A DNA stretch of 53,460 bases from Halosimplex sp. (GTDB lineage: Archaea; Halobacteriota; Halobacteria; Halobacteriales; Haloarculaceae): positions 1 to 53,460 of the forward strand of contig JBDGSU010000019.1 in assembly GCA_042217395.1 (NCBI GenBank), given 5' to 3'. The notes beneath the pieces were generated by a model. The model saw nothing but the letters and a program-made list of their open reading frames with translations, had not been told where the DNA came from and made no database searches. This document shows, one piece after another, positions 1-9,079 of this stretch. The position numbers and the translations under genes were made by a program. The number at the start of each line of letters is the position of its first letter. The stretch's first letter is position 1.

Positions 1-79
1 TGCTACTGGTTGACGTTAGATAGCTTATGACCGACCCTTTCTACGGTGCCGTCAGTATATCAAAATACGTATCCGTTCG

Positions 80-107
80 CAGAATTATTCGATATCGAAT
101 AATTCTG
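80..107. promoter_or_regulatory. Perfect 28-bp AT-rich palindrome (putative operator or cruciform)
   Basis: CAGAATTATTCGATATCGAATAATTCTG is its own reverse complement and lies in an AT-rich intergenic stretch. The function is inferred. Confidence 0.5.
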
Positions 108-305
108 TCGGCGAAGTTGCGCGGTCGCGGCGGCGCGGCACATCAGTCTGACGGCGGCCGTCGGCAGGTCCGCGAACAGCGGCCGCCGGCAGGTCCGGAT
201 CCACCGGGTGCTGGCGAGGGCGGGCGCGGCGAGTGCGTCCGCAGGCGGTCCTGAGACCGGATCGGACGTAAACGTTCAAGGGCGTACGGACAGAGGGAAC
301 GGACG

Positions 306-731
306 ATGGGTGAGACGTACTTCAGGGGGCACGTGACCCAGCGGGGGATCGTCTTCGGTCCGGACGGCGACGTGTTGCTCGTGACGAGCGGGCTGCGGCC
401 GTGGACCTTCCCGGGGGGGCGGATCGAGGCCGACGCGGAGCCGGAGGCGGCGCTGCGCCGGACCCTCCACGACCGCATCGGCCTGCACACCACGGTCGAG
501 GAACCGGTCAAGACCGTGACGGACATCTGGGGGAAAGGCGACGAGCCGGTGTACGCGGTCCTCTACCGCGTCGAGGCGCGCAACCGGAACGTGGATCTCG
601 ACGGGAAACACGACGACTACTGCTGGTACACGCCCGACGGCGCCATCGAGGAGATGCACTTCAAGTCGCTCGAGGACGCCGTCGAGCGCGCCGTGTCCAA
701 CCACGAACGCGACGCCGACGACGCGCGGTGA
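306..731 (+). CDS. NUDIX-fold protein with degenerate Nudix box
   Basis: GDVLLV...WTFPGGRIE...AALRRTLHDRIGL...EEPV...HDDYCW matches the Nudix fold layout, but the catalytic Glu residues are absent. Confidence 0.8.
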   Translation: MGETYFRGHVTQRGIVFGPDGDVLLVTSGLRPWTFPGGRIEADAEPEAALRRTLHDRIGLHTTVEEPVKTVTDIWGKGDEPVYAVLYRVEARNRNVDLDGKHDDYCWYTPDGAIEEMHFKSLEDAVERAVSNHERDADDAR

Positions 732-846
732 CCGCTCGCCGGCGAGCGGGAATCCGGCCGTCCAGACGGCGCGGTCGCTCCGGGAAGGTTTCGCGGGCGT
801 CGCCGCTCCGAGAACGTTTTGAGGGCGCCGCCCCCACGGTGGGGTG

Positions 847-3144
847 ATGGTCGACATACGCCGGCTCGACGAGGCGACCGTCGAGCGCATCGCCGCGGGC
901 GAGGTGGTCGAGCGCCCCGCGTCGGTCGTGAAGGAACTCGTCGAGAACAGCCTCGACGCCGACGCCTCCCGCGTCGAGGTGGCGGTCGAACGCGGCGGCA
1001 AGGACGGCGTCCGCGTCGCCGACGACGGCATCGGCATGACCGAGGCCGAGGTCACCCGGGCCGTCGAGGAACACACTACCTCGAAGATCCGCGACATCGA
1101 CGACCTGGAGTCGGGCGTCGGCACGCTGGGCTTCCGCGGCGAGGCGCTCCACGCCGTCGGCGCCGTCTCCCGCCTGACGATCACGACCCGGCCCCGCGCC
1201 GACCGCGACGACGTCGACGCGGGTCGCGGCACCGCGCTCACCGTCGAGGGCGGCGAGGTCACCAGCGTCGAGCCCGCGGGCTGCCCCGAGGGCACGACGA
1301 TCGAGGTCGACGACCTCTTCTTCAACGTCCCGGCCCGCCGCAAGTACCTCAAACAGGACGGGACGGAGTTCGCCCACGTCAACACGGTCGTCACGAGCTA
1401 CGCGCTGGCCAACCCCGACGTGGCGGTCTCGCTGACCCACGACGGCCGCGAGACGTTCGCCACCACCGGCCAGGGCGACCGCCGCGAGGCCGTCATGTCC
1501 GTCTACGGCCGCGACGTGGCCCAGTCGATGGTCGACGTCGAGGCGACCGCCGGCGAATGCGAGGGCGAGGACGGAGCCGGCGAGGGCGAGAGCGAAGACG
1601 AAGGGTCCCTCCCCGACGGTCCGCTCGACGGCGTTTCGGGGCTGGTGAGCCACCCGGAGACCACCCGGAGCACCCGCGAGTACTGCTCGACGTACGTCAA
1701 CGGCCGGTACGTGACCGCGAGCGCCGTCCGCGACGCCGTCGTCGACGCCTACGGCCACCAGCTCGCTCCCGATCGATTCCCCTTCGCCGTCCTCTTCCTC
1801 GACGTGCCCCCCGGCGACGTGGACGTGAACGTCCACCCGCGCAAGCTCGAGGTCCGCTTCGCCGACGAGGAGGGCGTCCGCGAGCAGATCCGCACCGCCG
1901 TCGAGTCGGCCCTGCTCGAGGAGGGGTTCCTCCGCAGCGGCGCCCCCCGCGGGAAGTCCGCGCCCGAACAGACCGAGATCACACCGGAGCGAAGCGACGA
2001 GACCGGACGTCCGAGCGCGGAAGGTGAGCAGTCGAGCGCTGACCCGGACGGTGGCGACGACACCCCCTCGGTCACCGGCCCGACGTTCTCCTCGGACCCC
2101 GACGCGCCCTCGCCGCGGTCAGACCCCGTGTCGGACAGAGCGCCCACGAGGGAATCAGCCGTTAGCGACGGTACTGACGGTGATCCGACGGCGGAACGGG
2201 CCGCGGACGCCGCGACCGAGTCGACCGCCGAGACCGAGCCCGTCTCGCGGACGGAGACGGGTTTCGAGCCCGGATCGACGGCCGGGACGGACGAGGAATC
2301 GACGGCCGAGACGGGCGAGTTGTCGGCAGCCGGGGCGGACGGTGAGACGGCAGCCGGGGCGGACGCGGGGTCGACGGTCGAGACGTCCCCGACCGAGTCG
2401 CAGTCACCGGAGACGGCCGCCGACGCCGATCCGCACGACCGCGCCCGGAAGTTCTCCGGGGGCCACGACCAGGCGAGACTCGGCGGGGGCGAGCCCGGCG
2501 ACCGGGCTACGGAGCGGTCCACCGAGTTCGACGCGCTCCCCTCGATGCGCGTGCTGGGCCAGCTCCACGAGACGTACGTGCTCGCGGAGACCGACGACGG
2601 GCTCGTGCTGATCGACCAGCACGCGGCCGACGAGCGGATCAACTACGAGCGCCTGCGCGACGCCTTCGCCGGCGAGACGACGACCCAGGCCCTCGCCAGC
2701 CCCGTCGAACTCTCCCTGACCGCCCGCGAGGCCGAACTCTTCGAGACCTACGGCGAGGCGCTATCGACGCTGGGGTTCCGGGCCGAGCGCGTCGGCGACC
2801 GGACCGTCGAGGTGCGGACCGTCCCGTCGCTCGTCGCCGACGCCGCCGACCCCGACCTGTTGCGAGACGCCCTGGCCGCGTTCGTCGAGGGCGAGGGCAG
2901 CGCCGCCGAGACCGTCGAGGCCGCCGCCGACGAACTGCTCGCGGATCTCGCGTGTTACCCGTCGATCACCGGGAATACCTCGCTGACGGAAGGGTCGGTT
3001 CGGGACCTGCTCGCCCGGCTGGACGACTGCGAGAACCCGTGGGCCTGCCCGCACGGTCGCCCCGTCGTCGTCGAGTTCGACGCCGAGGAGATCGAGGCCC
3101 GCTTCGAGCGCGATTACCCCGGTCACGGCGGTCGACGGGACTGA
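847..3144 (+). CDS. mutL: DNA mismatch repair endonuclease MutL
   Basis: IAAGEVVERPASVVKELVENSLDA, GFRGEAL, DVNVHP, DQHAADERINYE and CPHGRP motifs, with a long acidic linker. Start is ATG 847 or GTG 844. Confidence 0.97.
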   Translation: MVDIRRLDEATVERIAAGEVVERPASVVKELVENSLDADASRVEVAVERGGKDGVRVADDGIGMTEAEVTRAVEEHTTSKIRDIDDLESGVGTLGFRGEALHAVGAVSRLTITTRPRADRDDVDAGRGTALTVEGGEVTSVEPAGCPEGTTIEVDDLFFNVPARRKYLKQDGTEFAHVNTVVTSYALANPDVAVSLTHDGRETFATTGQGDRREAVMSVYGRDVAQSMVDVEATAGECEGEDGAGEGESEDEGSLPDGPLDGVSGLVSHPETTRSTREYCSTYVNGRYVTASAVRDAVVDAYGHQLAPDRFPFAVLFLDVPPGDVDVNVHPRKLEVRFADEEGVREQIRTAVESALLEEGFLRSGAPRGKSAPEQTEITPERSDETGRPSAEGEQSSADPDGGDDTPSVTGPTFSSDPDAPSPRSDPVSDRAPTRESAVSDGTDGDPTAERAADAATESTAETEPVSRTETGFEPGSTAGTDEESTAETGELSAAGADGETAAGADAGSTVETSPTESQSPETAADADPHDRARKFSGGHDQARLGGGEPGDRATERSTEFDALPSMRVLGQLHETYVLAETDDGLVLIDQHAADERINYERLRDAFAGETTTQALASPVELSLTAREAELFETYGEALSTLGFRAERVGDRTVEVRTVPSLVADAADPDLLRDALAAFVEGEGSAAETVEAAADELLADLACYPSITGNTSLTEGSVRDLLARLDDCENPWACPHGRPVVVEFDAEEIEARFERDYPGHGGRRD

Positions 3145-3193
3145 GTTTCGTGTTCGGGCTGAAGTCGAACGACCGCGTTCTATAGTGTGCGCT

Positions 3194-3327
3194 GAAAGCC
3201 CTCGGCGCGCTCGCTAGCCGCGAGAGCGACCGCCGATGACCGCGAGCGACGAAAGCCCTCGGCGCGCTCGCTAGCCGTGAGACCGATTGCCAGTGACAGC
3301 GAGCGACGAAAGCCCTCGGCGCGCTCG
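3194..3327 (+). repeat. 57-bp tandem repeat (about 2.3 units)
   Basis: GAAAGCCCTCGGCGCGCTCG starts at 3194, 3251 and 3308; the intervening parts are similar but diverged. Confidence 0.9.
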
Positions 3328-3600
3328 GGCGGTCTGTGCGACATATCCTCGTTCGCCACGCTCACTCGGATAGGGGTCGCGCAGACCGCCCGAGCCGGGA
3401 GGTCGGCTCCGCCGACCTCCACACGGCGTGGCGGCGTAGCCGCCACGCGCACCTCGCCCTTTCAGTCCGCCAGGTACTGCAGAACAGCGACCGCAAAGCA
3501 CCGCGCCTCACGCCTCCCCAGCCGACTCACTCGGTCGCTTCGCTCCCTCGTTCGTCCCTCGCACGATGCTGTCGCGCGATGAAACGCGCGACAGCGCGCG
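3322..3600. repeat. Composite hairpin-rich intergenic element
   Basis: Long stem GCTCGGGCGGTCTGTGCGAC...GTCGCGCAGACCGCCCGAGC, a CTCACTCGGTCGCTTCGCTCCCTCGTTCG motif and the hairpin GCTGTCGCGCG-ATGAAA-CGCGCGACAGC. Confidence 0.7.
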
Positions 3601-3689
3601 CCACAGCGGAGTCGGCCAGTGCTTTCCTGAATCGAACACGTTCCCCGATCGCCAAATGAACTAAACCGGATGCTAGCCATGAACGGGGT

Positions 3690-4631
3690 ATGACAGAGCT
3701 GGTCACGTTCGGCGAGACGTCGCTGCGGGTGGCGCCGGTCGGGGACGAGCGGCTGGAGAGGGCGCGGGACGTGGAACTGCGGGTGTCGGGGACCGAGAGC
3801 AACGTCGCGGCGGCGGCGAGCGCGATGGGGGTCGAGGCGACGTGGCTCTCGAAGCTCCCGGACTCGCCGCTGGGCCGCCGCGTCGAGCGAGCGCTACACG
3901 AGCACGGCGTCGACACCGAGATCGCGTGGGCCGAGGAGGGGCGACAGGGGCTCCAGTTCGCCGAGCGGGGGCCCGAGCCGCGCGATCAGCGACTGCTGCA
4001 GGACCGCGCCCGCGCGGCGGCGGCGTCGGTGACGCCCGGTGAGCTACCGATGGACCGGGTCCAGCGGGCCGACGCCACCTTCGTCGCGGGGAGCACGCTC
4101 TCGCTGTCGGGCGAGATCGTCGAGACGGCCGAGGCGGTCCTGCGGGCGGCGGGCGGCGGGCTGGTCGCGATGGATCTGGACTTCCAGCCCGGGCTCTGGT
4201 CGGTCGCGGAAGCGCGCGAGACGCTCGGGGGCGTGTTCGACGCCGTCGACGTGCTGATCGCCGACGAGGAGCAGGCGAGAGCGGTCTTCGAGCGGACCGA
4301 CGAACCCCGCAAGTTCGCCCACACCGTCGCCTCCAAACGGGGGTTCGACACGGTGGTGATAACCAGGAGCGAGCGCGGCGCCCTTGTCTGTCGCGACGGC
4401 GTGATCCACGAGCAGGACGGGATCGCGGTCGACGCGGTCGATCCGACGGGCCAGCACGAGGCGTTTACCGGCGCGTTCCTCGAACGGATCCTCGGGGGAG
4501 CGAGCGCCGACGAGGCGCTCGCCTACGGCGTGGCAAGCGCGACGCTGGCGCGGACGCTTCCCGGGGCGATGACGTCCGCGACCCGCGCGGAGGTCGAATC
4601 GCTCGTCGAGGAACTCCGGGACGGTCGTTGA
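3690..4631 (+). CDS. PfkB-family carbohydrate kinase, KdgK-like, with atypical C-terminal motif
   Basis: LVTFGE, GTESNVA and MDLDFQPGLW are KdgK-like, but DPTGQHEAF replaces canonical DxxGAGDAF. Confidence 0.85.
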   Translation: MTELVTFGETSLRVAPVGDERLERARDVELRVSGTESNVAAAASAMGVEATWLSKLPDSPLGRRVERALHEHGVDTEIAWAEEGRQGLQFAERGPEPRDQRLLQDRARAAAASVTPGELPMDRVQRADATFVAGSTLSLSGEIVETAEAVLRAAGGGLVAMDLDFQPGLWSVAEARETLGGVFDAVDVLIADEEQARAVFERTDEPRKFAHTVASKRGFDTVVITRSERGALVCRDGVIHEQDGIAVDAVDPTGQHEAFTGAFLERILGGASADEALAYGVASATLARTLPGAMTSATRAEVESLVEELRDGR

Positions 4632-4753
4632 CGGTGAACCGACCGTAGAGAGGGCCTATGTTCCCGTTCGGTGGCCGCCGACGGCGGTAGGCGGTATCAG
4701 CGGACGGGCGAACGGTCGACAGAGATATGGGCGCGCCCGGTGACGCTCCGGAT

Positions 4754-6026
4754 ATGTCACGGGCACACGCACGAGTCGCCGCGGTGCTGTTCTCGCTCGC
4801 CCTCGTCGGCGCGTCGCTCGTCGGGGGCGTCGGCGCGTCGGCCATCGGGGACGCCGACGCGCGACAGGACACCGTCACGCTCACCGTCACCGTCGTCGAT
4901 CAGGGGGGGGAACCCGCTCGGTGACGCCGAGCTCTCGGCCACCTGGGACGGCGGCGGTCCGGTCAACCGGACGACCGCCGGCAACGGGAAGGCGTTCCTC
5001 ACCGTGGCCGAGGGCGCCGACGTCACCGTCCGGGTCGACCACCCCCACTACGTCCGCAACGAACCCTACGTCGTCGAGAACGCCAGCGAGCGCGACGTGA
5101 CGATCCGGGTCGCCCGGGAGGGCCGCGCGACGGTCACCGTCCGCGGCGAGAGTGGGCCGCTGGGCAACGCGATCGTCCGTATGTTCCACGATGGCCAGCC
5201 GGTCGTCAACGCCCGGACGACAGCCGACGGGACCTTCACCACCGACGCTATCGAACAGGGGAACTACACGCTCATCGCGTTCAAGGAGGGGTACCGCCGG
5301 AACAAGACGACGCTGACCGTCGACGGCCGGGTCACCGAGACGACGACCATCGAACGGGACTCGGTGCTCGTGACCTTCGCCGTCAGGGACGACCACTTCG
5401 ACCCGGCGCGGCCGGTGACGAACGCGAACGTCACGGTCCCCGGCGTCGCCGACGTGACCACGCAGGGATCCGGCAAGGTCACCGTGAGCGTCCCCGTCAA
5501 CGACGCCTACGAGGTGACGATCACCAAGCCGGGGTACGAGTCGGTCACCGAACGCCTGCGCGTCGGCGAATCGGCCACCGCGCTCAACGCGACCGTCCAG
5601 CGCACCCCGTCGATCAGCGTCGAGGCCGGCAACGACCGGGTGGTCGTCGGGGAGTCGGTCCGGGTGACCGTCACCGACGAGTACGGCGCCCCGGTCGCCG
5701 GCGCGTCGGTGGGCGTCGACGGCTCGAACGTCGGCGAGACCGACGAGAGCGGCGTCGTCAGTGTCCCCGTCGAGTCGGCCGGGAACGTCACGATCACCGC
5801 CGAGGCCGACGACCGGGAAGCCAGCGTGACGGTCGAGGGCGTCGATCCGGGCGGCGCGAACACCCCGACCGCCACCCCCACGGTCACTGCCACTCCGACC
5901 GCGACTCCCACGGCGACCGCGACGCCCACGGCGACGAGCAGCGGCCTCGGACCCGGGTTCGGCGCCGGAACGGCGCTCCTGGCTCTCGCGGTCAGCGCAC
6001 TGACCGCTCGCCGTCGCCGGGACTGA
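4754..6026 (+). pseudogene. PGF-CTERM cell-surface glycoprotein (carboxypeptidase-regulatory/Ig-like repeats), frameshifted at G8 tract 4903-4910
   Basis: The signal peptide MSRAHARVAAVLFSLALVG... is in one frame. The beta-rich body, TPTA repeats and GPGFG-TM-RRRRD tail are in another. Removing one G joins them as ...DQGGNPLGD.... Could be a sequencing error. Confidence 0.85.
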
Positions 6027-6131
6027 ACCGCTCAGGAGAGCGACGTACGACACTGTTTCTCGGGGGAGGGCAAACAGGAGATCGCCGCCGCGTCGCGGGC
6101 GTTTAGGTACCGGGGGGACGAAGGGTCGGAC

Positions 6132-7490
6132 ATGGCTACCGAGAGCCCGAGCGTTCGGTCGACGGTGCGGCAGTTCTTCTCGCTGGAGCCCGACGTGCTG
6201 GTCCTCTCGCTGGCGATGTTCGCCTTCAGTCTCGGCTTCCAGATGACCGGTCGCTACCTCTCGGAGTACCTCGTCGTCCTCGGCGCGACGCCCTTCGTCG
6301 TCGGCCTCTACGGCTCCTTCGGCAACGTCATCAGCGCCGTCTACCCCTACGCCGGCGGCGTCTTCTCCGACCGCGTCGGCTCCCGACACGCCCTGACCCT
6401 GTTCGGCCTGCTCTCGACGCTGGGCTTTCTCGTCTGGCTCGTCGCGCCGCTCGTGGGGCCGATCGAACTGGGAGGCGTCGTCCTCGAGCCGTGGCTGTGG
6501 ATCTTCGTCGGCCTCGTCCTCGCGCAGGCCTGGAAGTCCTTCGGCCTCGGCGCGACCTTCGCCATCGTCAAGCAGAGCGTCCCGGACGACCGACTGGCGC
6601 GCGGGTTCGCCAGCACCGAGACGGTCCGCCGGACGGCCTTCCTGATCGGCCCGCTGCTGGCCGCGGGGCTCCTCTTCGCCGTCGGCGGCGGCGCCGAGTC
6701 GGACATCCTCCCCGGCTTCCTGTACGTCCTCGGTCTGGCCGTCGCCTTCGGCGCGGTCGCCACCGTCGTCCAGCACGTCCGCTACGAGTCCGAGTCCGAC
6801 TCGTTCGGCAGGGCGTTCGAGGGGATCGCCGAGATCCGACGGGACCTCGCCGACCTGCCCGACCCGTTGGGCCCGCTGCTCGTCGCGGACACGCTCGTGC
6901 GGTTCGCGAACGGGATGGCCTACGGCTTCCTCATCCTCGTCGTCACCCGGATCTGGGAGCTCGACGTCACGCTCTTCGGGTACTACCTCAACCCCGCGGT
7001 CTTCTTCGGCGTCCTGCTCGGCGTCGAGATGGTCGTCGCCCTGCTCTCGATGGCCCCGGCCGCCATCGCCGCCGAGCGCGTCGGGCTCAAACCCGTCGTC
7101 GCGCTCGGCTTCGCCGTCTACGCCGTCTTCCCCGTCCTCCTCATCTCCGCGCCCGCCGACCCGCTGATCGTCGCCGCCCTCTTCGCGTTCTCGGGCCTGC
7201 GTTTCGCCGGCCTCCCCTCGCACAAGGCCCTGATCGTCGGCCCCGCCGAGCGCGACGCCGGCGGCCGGGTGACCGGCGCGTACTACCTCCTCCGCAACAC
7301 CGTCGTCATCCCCAGCGCCGCGCTCGGCGGCTACCTCTACGACAGCGACTGGGTCCTCGCCCTGCCGTTCGACGCCCTCGAGACGCTCACCGCCGGCCCG
7401 GAACTGGCCTTCAGCGTCGCCAGCGTCGTCGGGATCGCGGGCGTCGTCTACTTCCTCGTCTTCGGCGAGGAGTTCGCCGCCTACGCGTAA
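6132..7490 (+). CDS. MFS transporter
   Basis: About 12 hydrophobic segments and MFS motif A (GGVFSDRVGSR; AERVGLK). Confidence 0.93.
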   Translation: MATESPSVRSTVRQFFSLEPDVLVLSLAMFAFSLGFQMTGRYLSEYLVVLGATPFVVGLYGSFGNVISAVYPYAGGVFSDRVGSRHALTLFGLLSTLGFLVWLVAPLVGPIELGGVVLEPWLWIFVGLVLAQAWKSFGLGATFAIVKQSVPDDRLARGFASTETVRRTAFLIGPLLAAGLLFAVGGGAESDILPGFLYVLGLAVAFGAVATVVQHVRYESESDSFGRAFEGIAEIRRDLADLPDPLGPLLVADTLVRFANGMAYGFLILVVTRIWELDVTLFGYYLNPAVFFGVLLGVEMVVALLSMAPAAIAAERVGLKPVVALGFAVYAVFPVLLISAPADPLIVAALFAFSGLRFAGLPSHKALIVGPAERDAGGRVTGAYYLLRNTVVIPSAALGGYLYDSDWVLALPFDALETLTAGPELAFSVASVVGIAGVVYFLVFGEEFAAYA

Positions 7491-7593
7491 CGGGATCCGC
7501 CGACCCCCCCTCGTCGAACTGACCCCCGACCGTCTGACCACGCGGGGCCGTGTCGGCGATAGTCCTATTGCGCAACGTGTGCTATTGTATGGC

Positions 7594-8001
7594 ATGGCCA
7601 CCGACCGCGAACGGCCGGGAAGCGACCTGAGCGACGGGGAAGTCGAGGCGCTCCACGAGGTGGAACTCGGGGTCGAGTGGCTCCGCCGGGCCCACGGTAC
7701 GCTCGTCGAGTTCCACCACGACACCGGCCACGCGATGGAGCACCTCGCCGAGGCGGAGTCGATCCTCCGCGAGACCGGTCACGAGGCCCTCGCCGACGAG
7801 ATCCGTGACAGCCACCTCCCGCGGGGCGTCGTCGACGAACACCGCTGGTCCTACGACGTGCTGGAGTCCTTCGAGGACGACTTCATGGCCGACGTGACGG
7901 AACTCGCCGACCGCGCCAGCGCGGACCTCGCCGACGGCCGCCGTCACGTCGCCGAGCGCCGGCAGGAACGCGAGTGGAAGCGCGACGCCGAACGGGAGTA
8001 G
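7594..8001 (+). CDS. Haloarchaeal-type hypothetical protein (helical, His/Glu-rich)
   Basis: Acidic composition and host-like codon usage; ATG at 7594. Confidence 0.8.
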   Translation: MATDRERPGSDLSDGEVEALHEVELGVEWLRRAHGTLVEFHHDTGHAMEHLAEAESILRETGHEALADEIRDSHLPRGVVDEHRWSYDVLESFEDDFMADVTELADRASADLADGRRHVAERRQEREWKRDAERE

Positions 8002-8106
8002 AGAGAGGTCAGCCCCCAGATCTTTCCCGGAAAACGCTGCAACTCCCGACCATGACCAGCGATCGGCCCGACAAGCGCCGGGAGATCGCGTACACCGAAG
8101 CACGGG

Positions 8107-8190
8107 TATAGTAGAATTTGAAAGCGTTTGCACAGTCAATCGCACGACAGCGTGCGATTGTCCGAGCGACGTCTTTCAAATTCTACTATA
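8107..8190. mobile_element. 84-bp MITE-like element with 18-bp perfect terminal inverted repeats
   Basis: TATAGTAGAATTTGAAAG...CTTTCAAATTCTACTATA with internal hairpin CAATCGCACG-ACAG-CGTGCGATTG, between convergent genes. Confidence 0.75.
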
Positions 8191-8207
8191 GGCGGCACGG
8201 ACTCCGA

Positions 8208-8783
8208 TTAGTTCCCCTGGATCGCGTCGATGACCATCGCCGCGGCGACGACGGGCTCTTTCGGCACGTCGCTGGCGTCGTCGATGGTGATCTCGTAGCG
8301 GTCTTTGATCGAGAACTGCCCCTCGATGGAGCCGACGTGGTCGCCGTCGAGGTCGGTGATCTCGTACTTGTGCGGGATGAGCGCGCCCAGCGGCAGGTAG
8401 TGGCGCGCGAGCGTGATAAGGGCCCCCCGCGAGTTGATCTCGGCGATCTTCGACTCGTCGCGCGCGTCGCGGATCGTCCAGGTGTCCTGGAGGATGGAGT
8501 AATCGTTGTCGAGGATGACGAGGTCCTCGTCGGTCTGTGCGTCCGAGAGGACGTAGTTGCCGGCCACGTCGATGATGCCACCGGCCTTGACCGTGAACAC
8601 GTCGGTGCCGTTCCCGTCCGTGAACGGGAACTCCTCTTTCATCTTGAGCATCTTCTGTTTCCCGCGGAGGACGACGTTGCCCGCGGCGTCCATCGCCTTG
8701 TACTTGTTCCGGATCAGCGACTGCTCGACGGTGTAGCTGTCGTCTCCCAGTTCGATCCCCGCGATGTCGTAGGTCCCAGCCAT
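8208..8783 (-). CDS. LURP-one-related / scramblase-like (Tubby C-terminal fold) protein
   Basis: YTVEQSLIRNKY...KQKMLKMKEEF...GSIEGQFSIKDRYEI with a hydrophobic terminal helix (VVAAAMVIDAI); ATG at 8783. Confidence 0.85.
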   Translation of the reverse strand: MAGTYDIAGIELGDDSYTVEQSLIRNKYKAMDAAGNVVLRGKQKMLKMKEEFPFTDGNGTDVFTVKAGGIIDVAGNYVLSDAQTDEDLVILDNDYSILQDTWTIRDARDESKIAEINSRGALITLARHYLPLGALIPHKYEITDLDGDHVGSIEGQFSIKDRYEITIDDASDVPKEPVVAAAMVIDAIQGN

Positions 8784-9079
8784 GCGTCTCGCGGACGTAT
8801 CACCGGGGGAACAATCAAACCCCCGGTCGATCGACCCGCGAGCGCGGCCCACACCCGTTGAAATCGACGAGCCCCTGTAACGCGTGACGGACAGCGCATC
8901 GAAACCGCCCCGGACGGACCGGCGTGCGGTCGGGCCCGGAACGGTCGGACGGCGGGCCCCGGGTCGGGTCGGAACCACCGGCGGTCTCGTCGGCGGGGCC
9001 CGGCCGATGGGCGATCGAACTGGCGGCGGGATCCGCCGCGAGTCGGACGTTTAGGTGGCGGGGTCCCATCGGGAGAGTC

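Noticed and set aside
1975-2520. MutL central region as an intein or foreign insertion
   Set aside because: Low-complexity acidic linker at the normal MutL linker position, with no intein splice motifs. One GAGCGAAGCGA word near 1988 is not enough evidence.
3194-3327. 57-bp periodic repeat as a mini-CRISPR
   Set aside because: The two would-be spacers are only about 21 nt and resemble each other; there is no leader and no cas genes.
5860-5940. TPTA-coding repeats (also about 43120-43330)
   Set aside because: Ordinary Thr/Pro-rich stalks of haloarchaeal surface proteins.
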